From Myxococcota bacterium (GTDB taxonomy: Bacteria > Myxococcota > Myxococcia > Myxococcales > Myxococcaceae), in the NCBI GenBank assembly GCA_049322255.1, contig JBMORE010000152.1, forward strand, positions 1 through 64,000: 64,000 bases of DNA, in the 5' to 3' direction. The position numbers were made by a program, and so were the translations under genes. The notes below the pieces were generated by a model. The model saw only the letters and a list, made by a program, of their open reading frames with translations. It ran no database searches and had not been told where the DNA came from. Below, piece after piece: positions 63,370 to 64,000 of this stretch. Positions within the stretch are counted from its first letter, which is position 1; every line of letters begins with the position of its first letter.

Positions 63370-64000
63370 TTATTCGCTGGTCGCCATCTCATCTGACAGG
63401 TAGGCGGCCAGGCGCTCGCGCACCGCCTGCCACTCGCGAGGAGAATCGGTGATGTCGTAGCCAGAGCGCACCAGCCGGCGCACGCTCGCGCGGGCAAGCG
63501 AAGACGCACCGCGCCGTTGTGCCAAAGACAGCCACTCGAAGTCCTCCAAGCCGTCGCGGATGTGCTTGAGCCGCAAGGACTCGATGGGGATGGGCGTCTG
63601 CCCTCCGATGCGGTCGGGCGTGCCTGGGTAGAAGAGGGTGCCATCGCCGTTGCCGCCGAAGGAGAGGACGCCCTCCCACGGGTCGCTCTCGTGGAACTGG
63701 TAGACGGTGTCGAAGTACAGCTCGCCGTCGACGCCTGCCAGAAAAGCCAGCGGCCCCATCGCCCGGTTCCGGGCAGCGCTGTGGTCGACCATGTACGAAG
63801 CCCAGCGCGAGTACGCCCGCTCTACCTCCAAGTCCTCCACCGGCCCGAGGTCGCAGCCGTGGGCGTTGCAGCTCTGGTACCACCAGACGCGTCGCCCATG
63901 TCCCAGCCGTGCGCGCAGCTCGTGGGGCGCAGTGACGCGGGGACACGTCGCGAGGCCTGTGCGGGGGAAAAAGCAGTTCAGCGTGGGGCAGAGGATGTCC
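63370..64000 (-). CDS. DUF4091 / GH123-like C-terminal domain protein (5' part outside window)
   Basis: WWYQSC, GELYF, GNGDGTLFYPG, SLRLKHIRDGLEDFE. Confidence 0.8.
   Translation of the reverse strand, partial: DILCPTLNCFFPRTGLATCPRVTAPHELRARLGHGRRVWWYQSCNAHGCDLGPVEDLEVERAYSRWASYMVDHSAARNRAMGPLAFLAGVDGELYFDTVYQFHESDPWEGVLSFGGNGDGTLFYPGTPDRIGGQTPIPIESLRLKHIRDGLEDFEWLSLAQRRGASSLARASVRRLVRSGYDITDSPREWQAVRERLAAYLSDEMATSE

Overview
GC-rich bacterial chromosome segment, almost certainly Myxococcota (Myxococcaceae-like). The evidence is a near-verbatim myxobacterial CdnL, eukaryotic-like kinase/FHA genes, Cys-rich lipoproteins and several sigma54 promoters; an N-gap points to a draft assembly or MAG. 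The core backbone is nadA, uvrA, alpha-2-macroglobulin/pbpC, lspA, addB/addA-type helicase-nuclease, purA, comEC, cdnL, cysS, uvrB and uvrC. Three small accessory patches interrupt it (about 8.2-9.9 kb, 31.8-32.2 kb and 51.5-55.9 kb), holding TA-like modules, DUF4143 ATPases and gene relics. I recognised no rRNA, tRNA, CRISPR array or transposase. Top candidates: (1) a bacterial metallophosphoesterase colinear with eukaryotic RNA lariat debranching enzyme Dbr1, notable because myxobacteria make 2'-5'-branched msDNA; (2) a REP-like palindrome in 5 copies, two read in frame inside proteins and one supplying a ribosome-binding site; (3) a shared palindromic operator in front of an intact and a deleted DUF4143 ATPase gene; (4) repeated promoter-to-start geometry implying leaderless mRNAs; (5) a perfect 16-bp palindrome upstream of comEC. 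All homology calls come from motif recognition by eye, not from database searches.
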